In this document: piece after piece, positions 13,401 through 26,529 of the stretch
Position numbering within the stretch: position 1 is the stretch's first letter
Layout of the letters: the number at the start of each line of letters is the position of its first letter
Assembly (NCBI GenBank): GCA_032718475.1
Contig: JAUCBJ010005235.1
Location: 1-38,542, forward strand
Direction of reading: 5' to 3'
Source: Nemertoderma westbladi
Taxonomy: Eukaryota; Animalia; Xenacoelomorpha
DNA length: 38,542 nucleotides
Program-made: the position numbers and the translations under genes
The notes under the pieces: generated by a model
The model's database searches: none
The model's input: only the letters and a program-made list of their open reading frames with translations
Told to the model about the DNA's origin: nothing

Positions 13401-16400
13401 TCAATAATAAATACCGTCGGTGCATGTACCTTCCTTACCTTCAGTTCAATAATAAATACCGTCGGTGCATGTACCTTACCATCAGTTCAATAATAAATAC
13501 CGTCGGTGCATGTACCTTACCTTCAGTTCAATAATAAATACCGTCGGTGCATGTACCTTCCTTACCTTCAGTTCAATAATAAATACCGTCGGTGCATGTA
13601 CCTTAACTTCAGTTCAATAATAAATACCGTCGGTGCATGTACCTTCCTTACCTTCAGTTCAATAATAAATACCGTCGGTGCATGTACCTTACCTTCAGTT
13701 CAATAATAAATACCGTCGGTGCATGTACCTTACCTTCAGTTCAATAATAAATACCGTCGGTGCATGTACCGTACCTTCAGTTCAATAATAAATACCGTCG
13801 GTGCGTGTACCTTACCTTCAGTACGATAATAAATACCGTCGGTGCATGTACCTTACCTTCAGTTCAATAATAAATACCGTCGGTGCATGTACCTTCCTTA
13901 CCTTCAGTTCAATAATAAATACCGTCGGTGAATGTACCTTACCTTCAGTTCAATAATAAATACCGTCGGTGCATGTACCTTACCTTCAGTTCAATAATAA
14001 ATACCGTCGGTGCATGTACCTTCCTTACCTTCAGTTCAATAATAAATACCGTCGGTGCATGTACCTTACCTTCAGTTCAATAATAAATACCGTCGGTGCA
14101 TGTACCTTACCTTCAGTTCAATAATAAATACCGTCGGTGCATGTACCTTACCTTCAGTACAATAATAAATACCGTCGGTGCATGTACCTTCCTTACCTTC
14201 AGTTCAATAATAAATACCGTCGGTGCATGTACCTTCAGTTCAATAATAAATACCGCCGGTGCGTGTACCTTACCTTCAGTACGATAATAAATACCGTCGG
14301 TGCATGTACCTTACCTTCAGTTCAATAATAAATACCGTCGGTGCATGTACCTTCCTTACCTTCAGTTCAATAATAAATACCGTCGGTGCATGTACCTTAC
14401 CTTCAGTTCAATAATAAATACCGTCGGTGCATGTACCTTACCTTCAGTTCAATAATAAATACCGTCGGTGCATGTACCTTCCTTACCTTCAGTTCAATAA
14501 TAAATACCGTCGGTGCATGTACCTTACCTTCAGTTCAATAATAAATACCGTCGGTGCATGTACCTTACCTTCAGTTCAATAATAAATACCGTCGGTGCAT
14601 GTACCTTACCTTCAGTTCAATAATAAATACCGTCGGTGCATGTACCTTCCTTACCTTCAGTTCAATAATAAATACCGTCGGTGCATGTACCTTACCTTCA
14701 GTTCAATAATAAATACCGTCGGTGCATGTACCTTACCTTCAGTTCAATAATAAATACCGTCGGTGCATGTACCTTACCTTCAGTTCAATAATAAATACCG
14801 TCGGTGCATGTACCTTACCTTCAGTTCAATAATAAATACCGTCGGTGCATGTACCTTCCTTACCTTCAGTTCAATAATAAATACCGTCGGTGCATGTACC
14901 TTACCTTCAGTTCAATAATAAATACCGCCGGTGCATGTAACTTACCTTCAGTTCAATAATAAATACCGTCGGTGCATGTACCTTACCTTCAGTTCAATAA
15001 TAAATACCGTCGGTGCATGTACCTTACCTTCAGTTCAATAATAAATACCGTCGGTGCATGTACCTTACCTTCAGTTCAATAATAAATACCGTCGGTGCAT
15101 GTACCTTACCTTCAGTTCAATAATAAATACCGTCGGTGCATGTACCTTACCTTCAGTTCTATAATAAATACCGTCGGTGCATGTACCTTACCTTCAGTTC
15201 AATAATAAATACCGTCGGTGCATGTACCTTACCTTCAGTTCAATAATAAATACCGTCGGTGCATGTACCTTACCTTCAGTACAATAATAAATACCGTCGG
15301 TGCATGTACCTTACCTTCAGTTCAATAATAAATACCGTCGGTGCATGTACCTTACCTTCAGTACAATAATAAATACCGTCGGTGCATGTACCTTACCTTC
15401 AGTTCAATAATAAATACCGTCGGTGCATGTACCTTACCTTCAGTTCAATAATAAATACCGTCGGTGCATGTACCTTCCTTACCTTCAGTTCAATAATAAA
15501 TACCGTCGGTGCATGTACCTTACCTTCAGTTCAATAATAAATACCGCCGGTGCATGTACCTTACCTTCAGTTCAATAATAAATACCGTCGGTGCATGTAC
15601 CTTACCTTCAGTTCAATAATAAATACCGTCGGTGCATGTACCTTACCTTCAGTTCAATAATAAATACCGTCGGTGCATGTACCTTACCTTCAGTTCAATA
15701 ATAAATACCGTCGGTGCATGTACCTTACCTTCAGTTCAATAATAAATACCGTCGGTGCATGTACCTTACCTTCAGTTCTATAATAAATACCGTCGGTGCA
15801 TGTACCTTACCTTCAGTTCAATAATAAATACCGTCGGTGCATGTACCTTACCTTCAGTTCAATAATAAATACCGTCGGTGCATGTACCTTACCTTCAGTA
15901 CAATAATAAATACCGTCGGTGCATGTACCTTACCTTCAGTTCAATAATAAATACCGTCGGTGCATGTACCTTACCTTCAGTACAATAATAAATACCGTCG
16001 GTGCATGTACCTTACCTTCAGTTCAATAATAAATACCGTCGGTGCATGTACCTTACCTTCAGTTCAATAATAAATACCGTCGGTGCATGTACCTTACCTT
16101 CAGTTCAATAATAAATACCGTCGGTGCATGTACCTTACCTTCAGTTCAATAATAAATACCGTCGGTGCATGTACCTTACCTTCAGTACAATAATAAATAC
16201 CGTCGGTGCATGTACCTTACCTTCAGTTCAATAATAAATACCGTCGGTGCATGTACCTTACCTTCAGTTCAATAATAAATACCGTCGGTGCATGTACCTT
16301 ACCTTCAGTACAATAATAAATACCGTCGGTGCATGTACCTTACCTTCAGTACAATAATAAATACCGTCGGTGCATGTACCTTACCTTCAGTACAATAATA

Positions 16401-18446
16401 AATACCGTCGGTGCATGTACCTTACCTTCAGTACAATAATAAATACCGTCGGTGCATGTACCTTACCTTCAGTACAATAATAAATACCGTCGGTGCATGT
16501 ACCTTACCTTCAGTACAATAATAAATACCGTCGGTGCATGTACCTTACCTTCAGTTCAATAATAAATACCGTCGGTGCATGTACCTTACCTTCAGTTCAA
16601 TAATAAATACCGTCGGTGCATGTACCTTACCTTCAGTACAATAATAAATACCGTCGGTGCATGTACCTTACCTTCAGTTCAATAATAAATACCGTCGGTG
16701 CATGTACCTTACCTTCAGTACAATAATAAATACCGTCGGTGCATGTACCTTACCTTCAGTACAATAATAAATACCGTCGGTGCATGTACCTTACCTTCAG
16801 TACAATAATAAATACCGTCGGTGCATGTACCTTACCTTCAGTACAATAATAAATACCGTCGGTGCATGTACCTTACCTTCAGTACAATAATAAATACCGT
16901 CGGTGCATGTACCTTACCTTCAGTTCAATAATAAATACCGTCGGTGCATGTACCTTACCTTCAGTTCAATAATAAATACCGTCGGTGCATGTACCTTACC
17001 TTCAGTTCAATAATAAATACCGTCGGTGCATGTACCTTACCTTCAGTTCAATAATAAATACCGTCGGTGCATGTACCTTACCTTCAGTTCAATAATAAAT
17101 ACCGTCGGTGCATGTACCTTACCTTCAGTTCAATAATAAATACCGTCGGTGCATGTACCTTACCTTCAGTTCAATAATAAATACCGTCGGTGCATGTACC
17201 TTACCTTCAGTTCAATAATAAATACCGTCGGTGCATGTACCTTACCTTCAGTACAATAATAAATACCGTCGGTGCATGTACCTTACCTTCAGTACAATAA
17301 TAAATACCGTCGGTGCATGTACCTTACCTTCAGTACAATAATAAATACCGTCGGTGCATGTACCTTACCTTCAGTACAATAATAAATACCGTCGGTGCAT
17401 GTACCTTACCTTCAGTACAATAATAAATACCGTCGGTGCATGTACCTTACCTTCAGTTCAATAATAAATACCGTCGGTGCATGTACCTTACCTTCAGTAC
17501 AATAATAAATACCGTCGGTGCATGTACCTTACCTTCAGTTCAATAATAAATACCGTCGGTGCATGTACCTTACCTTCAGTACAATAATAAATACCGTCGG
17601 TGCATGTACCTTACCTTCAGTACAATAATAAATACCGTCGGTGCATGTACCTTACCTTCAGTACAATAATAAATACCGTCGGTGCATGTACCTTACCTTC
17701 AGTTCAATAATAAATACCGTCGGTGCATGTACCTTACCTTCAGTACAATAATAAATACCGTCGGTGCATGTACCTTACCTTCAGTTCAATAATAAATACC
17801 GTCGGTGCATGTACCTTACCTTCAGTTCAATAATAAATAGCGTCGGTGCATGTACCTTACCTTCAATTCAATAATAAATACCGTCGGTGCATGTACCTTA
17901 CCTTCAGTTCAATAATAAATAGCGTCGGTGCATGTACCTTACCTTCAGTTCAATAATAAATACCGTCGGTGCATGTACCTTACCTTCAGTTCAATAATAA
18001 ATACCGTCGGTGCATGTACCTTACCTTCAGTTCAATAATAAATACCGTCGGTGCATGTACCTTACCTTCAGTACAATAATAAATACCGTCGGTGCATGTA
18101 CCTTACCTTCAGTACAATAATAAATACCGTCGGTGCATGTACCTTACCTTCAGTTCAATAATAAATACCGTCGGTGCATGTACCTTACCTTCAGTTCAAT
18201 AATAAATACCGTCGCTGCATGTACCTTACCTTCAGTTCAATAATAAATACCGTCGGTGCATGTACCTTACCTTCAGTACAATAATAAATACCGTCGGTGC
18301 ATGTACCTTACCTTCAGTTCAATAATAAATACCGTCGGTGCATGTACCTTACCTTCAGTTCAATAATAAATACCGTCGGTGCATGTACCTTACCTTCAGT
18401 TCAATAATAAATACCGTCGGTGCATGTACCTTACCTTCAGTTCAAT
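10457..18446. repeat. 41-bp tandem satellite, roughly 190 near-identical copies, inside the mex3 intron between exons 4 and 5
   Basis: Unit AATAATAAATACCGTCGGTGCATGTACCTTACCTTCAGTTC repeated head-to-tail for ~8 kb. Variants are 45-bp units (extra CCTT), CAGTAC for CAGTTC and rare substitutions. Confidence 0.99.
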
Positions 18447-18469
18447 GCCAATGTCAAACAGATATCTAA
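18435..18469 (-). other. Candidate 35-nt micro-exon whose 3' end seeds the 41-bp satellite
   Basis: The 86-nt intron after exon 4 has a CACTAAC branch point and TTTATTTAG acceptor. The exon reads (G)TT AGA TAT CTG TTT GAC ATT GGC ATT GAA CTG AAG (VRYLFDIGIELK), then GTAAGG. A second AG 4 nt downstream would give DICLTLALN-stop. No transcript evidence. Confidence 0.4.
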
Positions 18470-18555
18470 CTAAATAAACCTATGTTAGTGTACATACAAA
18501 TATACTGTAGTAGGTGTGTGTGTACTGTTGTAGTTGTGCACATTAATTAACTTAC

Positions 18556-18783
18556 CGGCTTCGTTGAAACCAAAGGACTGTGTGTGGTGTCCGGAATGGC
18601 CCCCACTGCTCCCAGGGGACGAGAAGTAGGCCATGGGATGATTTGGATGGTCTGGGGGTGAGCCTTGTGGTTGAAACAAGGTTGCTGAGGTACCGTTGTC
18701 ACCTGGTATATTCAAACCAGCCTTGAACAACAATGCGGAGATGATATTGTTATCTGTGTTGTTTGAATTCAAACCATTCATAT
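18556..18783 (-). CDS. mex3: Probable MEX3 coding exon 4 (low-complexity region after KH2)
   Basis: Acceptor ATATTACAG|AT ATG and donor GCC G|GTAAGT. 228 nt, open, phase 1 to 1, matching exon 3. S/P/G/H-rich peptide NMNGLNSNN...QSFGFNEA. GC content is higher than the flanks. Confidence 0.8.
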
Positions 18784-18922
18784 CTGTAATATTATTGGTA
18801 ATAATAAAAAAATATAGAAAGTTAAGTTATCGGTAGTAAATAAACAAAAAAATATTTGTTGAAATTTGATCTACGTGTCAAAGATAACAAGTTTCAAAAA
18901 TATAAATAATAGTTTCACCGCG

Positions 18923-21340
18923 CCAATACTAGACAATGCCTGGACCGAAGCAATACTGGACAATATCTATGTACCAATACTGGACAATATCTATGTACCA
19001 ATACTGGACAATATCTATGTACCAATACTGGACAATATCTATGTACCAATACTGGACAATATCTAAGTACCAACACTGGACAATATATGTACCAATACTG
19101 GACAATATCTATGTACCAATACTGGACAATATCCATGTACCAATACTGGACAATATCTATGTACAAATACTGGACAATATCTATGTACCAATACTGGACA
19201 ATATCTATGTACCAATTACTGGACAATATCTATGTACCAATACTGGACAATATCTATGTACCAATACTGGACAATATCTATGTATCAATACTGGACAATA
19301 TCTATGTACCAATACTGGACAATATCTATTTGGACCGTACCAATACTGGACAATATCTATTTGGACCGTACCAATACTGGACAATATCTATCTATGTACC
19401 AATACTGGACAATATCTATTTGGACGTACCAATACTGGACAATATCTATCTATGTACCAATACTGGACAATATCTATCTATGTACCAATACTGGACAATA
19501 TCTGTACCAATACTGGACAATATCTAAGTACCAACACTGGACAATATATGTACCAATACTGGACAATATCTATGTACCAATACTGGACAATATCCATGTA
19601 CCAATACTGGACAATATCTATGTACAAATACTGGACAATATCTATGTACCAATACTGGACAATATCTATGTACCAATTACTGGACAATATCTATGTACCA
19701 ATACTGGACAATATCTATGTACCAATACTGGACAATATCTATGTATCAATACTGGACAATATCTATGTACCAATACTGGACAATATCTATTTGGACCGTA
19801 CCAATACTGGACAATATCTATTTGGACCGTACCAATACTGGACAATATCTATTTGGACCGTACCAATACTGGACAATATCTATCTATGTACCAATACTGG
19901 ACAATATCTATTTGGACGTACCAATACTGGACAATATCTATCTATGTACCAATACTGGACAATATCTATCTATGTACCAATACTGGACAATATCTATGTA
20001 CCAATACTGGACAATATCTAAGTACCAACACTGGACAATATATGTACCAATACTGGACAATATCTATGTACCAATACTGGACAATATCCATGTACCAATA
20101 CTGGACAATATCTATGTACAAATACTGGACAATATCTATGTACCAATACTGGACAATATCTATGTACCAATTACTGGACAATATCTATGTACCAATACTG
20201 GACAATATCTATGTACCAATACTGGACAATATCTATGTATCAATACTGGACAATATCTATGTACCAATACTGGACAATATCTATTTGGACCGTACCAATA
20301 CTGGACAATATCTATTTGGACCGTACCAATACTGGACAATATCTATTTGGACCGTACCAATACTGGACAATATCTATCTATGTACCAATACTGGACAATA
20401 TCTATCTATGTACCAATACTGGACAATATCTATCTATGTACCAATACTGGACAATATCTATCTATGTACCAATACCGGACAATATCTATGTACCAATACT
20501 GGACAATATCTATGTATCAATACTGGACAATATCTATGTACCAATACTGGACAATATCTATTTGGACCGTACCAATACTGGACAATATCTATTTGGACCG
20601 TACCAATACTGGACAATATCTATTTGGACCGTACCAATACTGGACAATATCTATCTATGTACCAATACTGGACAATATCTATTTGGACGTACCAATACTG
20701 GACAATATCTATCTATGTACCAATACTGGACAATATCTATCTATGTACCAATACTGGACCATATCTATGTACCAATACTGGACAATATCTAAGTACCAAC
20801 ACTGGACAATATATGTACCAATACTGGACAATATCTATGTACCAATACTGGACAATATCCATGTACCAATACTGGACAATATCTATGTACAAATACTGGA
20901 CAATATCTATGTACCAATACTGGACAATATCTATGTACCAATTACTGGACAATATCTATGTACCAATACTGGACAATATCTATGTACCAATACTGGACAA
21001 TATCTATGTATCAATACTGGACAATATCTATGTACCAATACTGGACAATATCTATTTGGACCGTACCAATACTGGACAATATCTATTTGGACCGTACCAA
21101 TACTGGACAATATCTATTTGGACCGTACCAATACTGGACAATATCTATCTATGTACCAATACTGGACAATATCTATCTATGTACCAATACTGGACAATAT
21201 CTATCTATGTACCAATACTGGACAATATCTATCTATGTACCAATACCGGACAATATCTATTTGGACCGTACCAATACTGGACAATATCTATCTATGTACC
21301 AATACTGGACAATATCTATCTATGTACCAATACCGGACAT
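18923..21340. repeat. 24-bp-based minisatellite with 22-30 bp variants and higher-order repeats
   Basis: Core TACCAATACTGGACAATATCTATG, with variant linkers CTATCTATG and CTATTTGGACCG. The landmark ATCTAAGTACCAACAC recurs at 19061, 19522, 20016 and 20787. Confidence 0.99.
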
Positions 21341-24300
21341 TGTACACAACTTGTATATAATTTTCTCTTAGATTAAAATTACTGTTGACATTTTGTATTC
21401 TTATTCCAATTAAGCCTAACCAGAATCTAATTAAAATAATAAGTGCCCAAAGTTTTTATGGGAAAAAAACGCAGTAATGACAGAGTACAGATAGCTCATT
21501 AGTCCTTAAACATGGGTAATTAGCGATGTCGATATATACAGTGTTGTGTTGCCTAACAGTAACTACTATGAAGCGAAGCTTCTTTATATTCAGCCTATAA
21601 TGATCGCATAATAAATCATTTTGAGTACGGTAATCCAATTGCTTTACTGCTGCCAATGAGTCATTCACATCATAGTAAGACAACAACTTACTGGCACTGG
21701 TGTGGATAGTGGGAGGAGATAGGTGGGTGGAATTGTTGCCGCCCAAGGTTAATGTACGACAGAGCATTGAAAAAATTGCTTGAGGAAAATTTAAAATATT
21801 TCCAGGAGCTATCATACAGATTGATTCGTTACCCGTAGAAATATTTCTAAGTTAGATAATGCACTTTGTGAATAAAAACACCATCGGCAATCGGATATAT
21901 TTTCTCATATTTCAACGGCTAAGACGAATTCCATAATAGTAACATTATAACTTTGATGCATCCAACAGTGCCGAGAACATACAATGGACGGCATCTGCTT
22001 TACCCAACAAACGTCCAAGGATCATCCCAGTTGCATATTGGAAAGCAAAAACAAATGGTGGCAGGTAATTATCAATTCCACTGTTCGTGGTTCTTGGGTT
22101 CAGAAATGCGATTAAAATAGGTAATTTATGCTTAGTTAATATGCAGGTTGGCAGATGGTGAATGTTCTTCAGCACTACTCATAAATATTCAACGCCGTTC
22201 GGAACGACATTGTTTCGGCAACTATAACGCTAATCGAACGTCCCGACCAATAACTCATATCAGTACATCCCCGTCTCAATATTGTGGACTATCCTCTTTC
22301 AAATCCAGAGAAGACCAAAGAGAAACAAAGCGATACGTATAGAAGATGGTAACGTTTCCTGAACGAGCCCTCAAGCAAAGTGCTGCCTCAAAGGAGGAAA
22401 TGGGGTATCCGAGACGTAATAACATCCATTGAATGAGATAAAAGCAAATACGAATGCCAAGAATTCAATATTAATTAGAATCATACCGTCAGTGTTCTAT
22501 TACGTGCGGGGTAAAACTGCGAAGACAGAAAATATTATATACCGCTTCGTCTCAAATTTCTCCAATAGTAATATTCGATCCAACGTCAATCATATGGAAT
22601 TCCAGACAATATTATGGTTTTCTACACATTGGGCAATGCCTGACTCACTCACTCAATATATATATAAATAATTAGGCCCGTGCTAATGACCAAAATACTA
22701 GGCGATAGACGTAGACACTCTGGATATCTTGGTGTACAACAATTTACCTCAGGATTTCATGTGTAATTTTCCAACTGACATATTTTTTTATATTTTCTTG
22801 ACATGTCCTGACCCCCAATTAATAACACAGTCTAGAAGTCGAGCCGGCATTGGAGAAGCTGGATTAACCCCTGGTACCTGGCTGCTGAAGCATTAACCAA
22901 GGGGTTGAAACTGATTCTAGGCTTTGAAAATATATGGGGATGATGGACTCCCACGGTGAGCCATGTCGTCTGGGATTTACTATACTATTATTGACCAGTT
23001 GGTTGTGAAACCCAAATTTCCAGGCACACAGCTCCCAGGCCTTTACTACACACCGCGCAGGCAGAAGAATCAATTTGGAACGATCATCCTGGCATTGCAA
23101 ATTACTCATATCTTCTTGTCACATTCTTTTTAATCTGGAAGATATTATTTCATTAAATCGAAGCACATCTCTACCATATGGTTTCAGTCAAATGTCGATA
23201 TTGGCTTTGTGTGTCTACTATAGCGCCAAGCAATTACGCGTAATGGGAAACCAGTTGTTTGCAAGGGGGATAGCGGAAACCAATTAAAATCAACGATCTA
23301 TAAATAACAGTCAGATGCTCCGCTTTTATGCTTTTAGACGAAATTGAAAGTTAGTAGGTAATAGGGGTGCTGTGTAGCTGTGCGCTCGTGCGTTTAGGGT
23401 ATTTTAATCATACCTTTGCTTTGTTTGATCTCTTTGTGAAGCTTGGAAAGTTCATACAAAGTACAGCGGAAGCGAATCTACATCACAAGGTGTTCAATTT
23501 AGACGGATATCTGCTTAAATAAACCTTCTATAGTGTTTATTTATGGTGGCAAAACCAATGCATTAGGCGCGCGGGCAGACATAAAATACATCATGCGTGC
23601 CTCTCTGTAAGGGCAACATGAATACAAGGTATCCATACTTTTACAACAATACCGTAATAACGACGAGTTTAGGGTAGAATAATATATTATATGGGTTATG
23701 TTACTGAGTTATTTAAAAACAAAATTAAATGATCAAATTTCACAGTATTATCTGAGCTTCGATATTACGGTTGTTAGAACTATTGAAAACAATTTTAAAC
23801 GATTCACAATAAAGTTGTGGAATGTTTCGGTGGGAGTGATAGCTGAGTCCCTTAAAATGTAGACAGAAATCTGAAAGATTTTTTCACACACAAATTAATC
23901 TGCACAGCACACACACGATGCAGAAAGTAATAGTGTTGAATTCCCTTTCAATTAACATTTTTAACTGTTGTTTCTGGATAAATCCAAATACGATATTCAT
24001 AGTTCACAATAGAAGCTGAAGCAACAACAAAAAAAAACTCTTTAAAGATAACACGCCCGAATGACTCATCTTTGATCAACTAATGTTCTGAAATTAACGT
24101 GCCTTTATGCGAAAAGTACATTGAACTCGAACACTGTGCTAGATGACGTCATCAACCATTTTTCTACGAAGCAAGGGTGACGCCTACCACACACCCCTGA
24201 CAACAACCAAGCAACCCACATTACGATAAAATACATTAATTACATCAACAAAGATATTATGTTTTAAATGCATCTGGACCAGATATATTCTGGCAATCTG

Positions 24301-26136
24301 GATCACGAAAAACAAACACATTTGAATAGCAAGCTGCAGCATACAGTGTAAGGCTAAATGGCATGCGCCCTCAATTTACTTCTAATAGCCAAATCAATCA
24401 AAACGGATAATAAGTGACGTGGTGGAAATTGATGAATACAGTCATAGTAAGGTGTGTGCCGTTACCCCTGATCCAAAATACGTCATACCCAGCTCAAAAT
24501 CAAAATGTCACAACATGTTTAAAGGATATAGAGATAATACATCAATCGATTTAGTAACTTTCATTATATTACTATCGAGTTAAAGGCAAGATATCTAATT
24601 GCTTCGTGAATGTTAACCTTGAAAGAAAGCTTAAACCTCAAAGCTTGCGTTGCAAATAATAGTAATTAATCAGCTTATCCCATGAAGCAGGAACTACGCC
24701 GTTTTCCGTACACCGGAAATTGCGATTCGTAGCTAATAAACCTCTCTGTGTGAAACAATAGATGTGTGAATATAACAGGATCAATATAGCCTTATTACGC
24801 CGAATGTGACTGTTTGTGGGACCAGTGGATTTCGAGCAATCACCTCGATATATCGTAAATTTATTCGATTGGTGTTATCAAATATAGAGAGAGACCTTGC
24901 GATGTAAGTTTTTAAATTCAGAGGAATTCCTACGCCGCCGGCGTTATTAAATGAGCAACGAAAAGGAAATTCCCCACAACAACTAAATTAGGTTTTACAC
25001 CCACGCAATTAAACATAAATCCATTATAAATAGGTCCCACACAACCCTCAAGGCGTCACTATTTCTAGTTTGGGTTTCTTTTAGCCTATATAAACGAGTT
25101 GCATTGTTATTAAATAATTAATTGGATTATGGAAGATAACAACTCCCACGAAATGAATGATAAATATTTCAACAGGCAGATTGGTAAGGGACCTTTGGAT
25201 GGGTTGGGTTGGGTTGCGGATAAGACGGCAGCTATAAATAGATATACGGGTAGCGGTGCGGGTGAGCGTAAGCAGTGATAGCCGGCGGCTACTATATAAC
25301 CACTGGTGGCAAACACAAAGCCATCCGCTCAGCGGCCGACCCACGGAGATATTGAGCGGAGAGACAAATATTGAATCCGGGATCCGAACAGATAGAATAT
25401 TTGCTCACCAACGTGAATCACTATCACTTCCGTATCTATCTATCTGCCTATAGAACACGTTAACAGAAACAATAGAACTTGTATAGCCGGTAGTAATATA
25501 AATTGATCCAGGGAGGGCGGCCTCGCATATCCGGGGAACATCGATTATCGAAGCTCAGGCCGGTGCTCGAGTGCTCATATAAGTTCCTTACTACAACTAC
25601 AATTAATAAAACATTTCAGAGTGACAGATACATCCACACATCCGCTACCACCGGCTGTAGGTTGGGTTCGAGTCTGCCCAACAATATTAATTTAACAATA
25701 CATTGGCCGTTATTAGCTTTTATGTCTGTTGAGGCCCAAGTGAAGAATACCAGGTTTTCACTAAAAACATACAGGTTACAGAAGGGCTGAATCTAACCAA
25801 AACAATAAACGAATTAGTATATGTACAGGTTATAAGACAGAAATAAGCGCTAAAAGCACTTAATAAAGATAAAATAAAAAAAATAAAAAGTCGACCGAAA
25901 ACTTGCTACACTAAATAACGCAATATTCTATAATCCTGAATTATTTATTAATCGGCCTAAATCGCATCATTTTAATGTATTTTCGGTCGCATAACCAAAT
26001 TTTTAGTTTTTATAACATTTTTTTTTAGTATTTAGTAAAAATTTCACATCAAATTAAATTTAATGGAAAAGTGAACCAGTTCGCTCCAGGATAATTTCAT
26101 AATGACAGAAATGATAAATTATACTAATAAACTCAC

Positions 26137-26437
26137 TGCCTAGATCTTTGGTTATCCCGTTGCTATGGAAGTCGTTGACAACGTCCCCTGACAACACCCC
26201 GTTCCCCCCGACTACGCCATTAGGAACGGCCGAGTCCAGTCCCGTTCGCATCGCTATATAGGATTCGATCTCGGCCCGGGCGCGGTCTACGTTGCTAGGC
26301 AACCCGGATATCTCGAAGACCGGGTCTTTGTCCCGGGAAGGGGTCACTATGTAGGTGTTGGACTGCTGTTGGATTCTCTTAATTGTGGCGCCTTTGGGGC
26401 CGACGACCAAGCCAACAACACGTAGCGGCACAGTGAC
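26137..26437 (-). CDS. mex3: MEX3 coding exon 3 (KH2)
   Basis: Acceptor ATTTATTTTAG|GTC. Translates [66 protein letters not shown]...NDFHSNG, with the GPKG GxxG loop. Donor GGCA|GTGAGT. 301 nt, phase 0 to 1. Confidence 0.97.
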
Positions 26438-26529
26438 CTAAAATAAATTGAAAAAGGTTTAAGTGACAAAAACTATAATTATCAAAAAACACGATTTATT
26501 TTCTTAATAATCAGACGATATACATTTAC

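Noticed and set aside
12916-14328. Repeated 63-66 aa ORFs (MHVPYLQFNNKYRRC...)
   Set aside because: They arise where 45-bp variants shift the frame of the satellite.
10457-18446. CRISPR-like array
   Set aside because: Units are contiguous with no unique spacers, there are no cas genes, and the context is a spliceosomal intron.
18923-21340. MEX-3 recognition elements in the satellites, as a route to autoregulation
   Set aside because: The sense-strand 24-mer has AUAG but no U(U/A/C)UA half-site within 8 nt, and the 41-mer lacks the first half-site.
18866-21376. Long ORFs of 361, 555 and 714 aa
   Set aside because: They are translations of a stop-poor 24-bp repeat, open in all three frames and antisense within an intron.
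25661-25680. GGTTCGAGTC B-box-like motif (tRNA or SINE)
   Set aside because: No A box or cloverleaf could be built around it.
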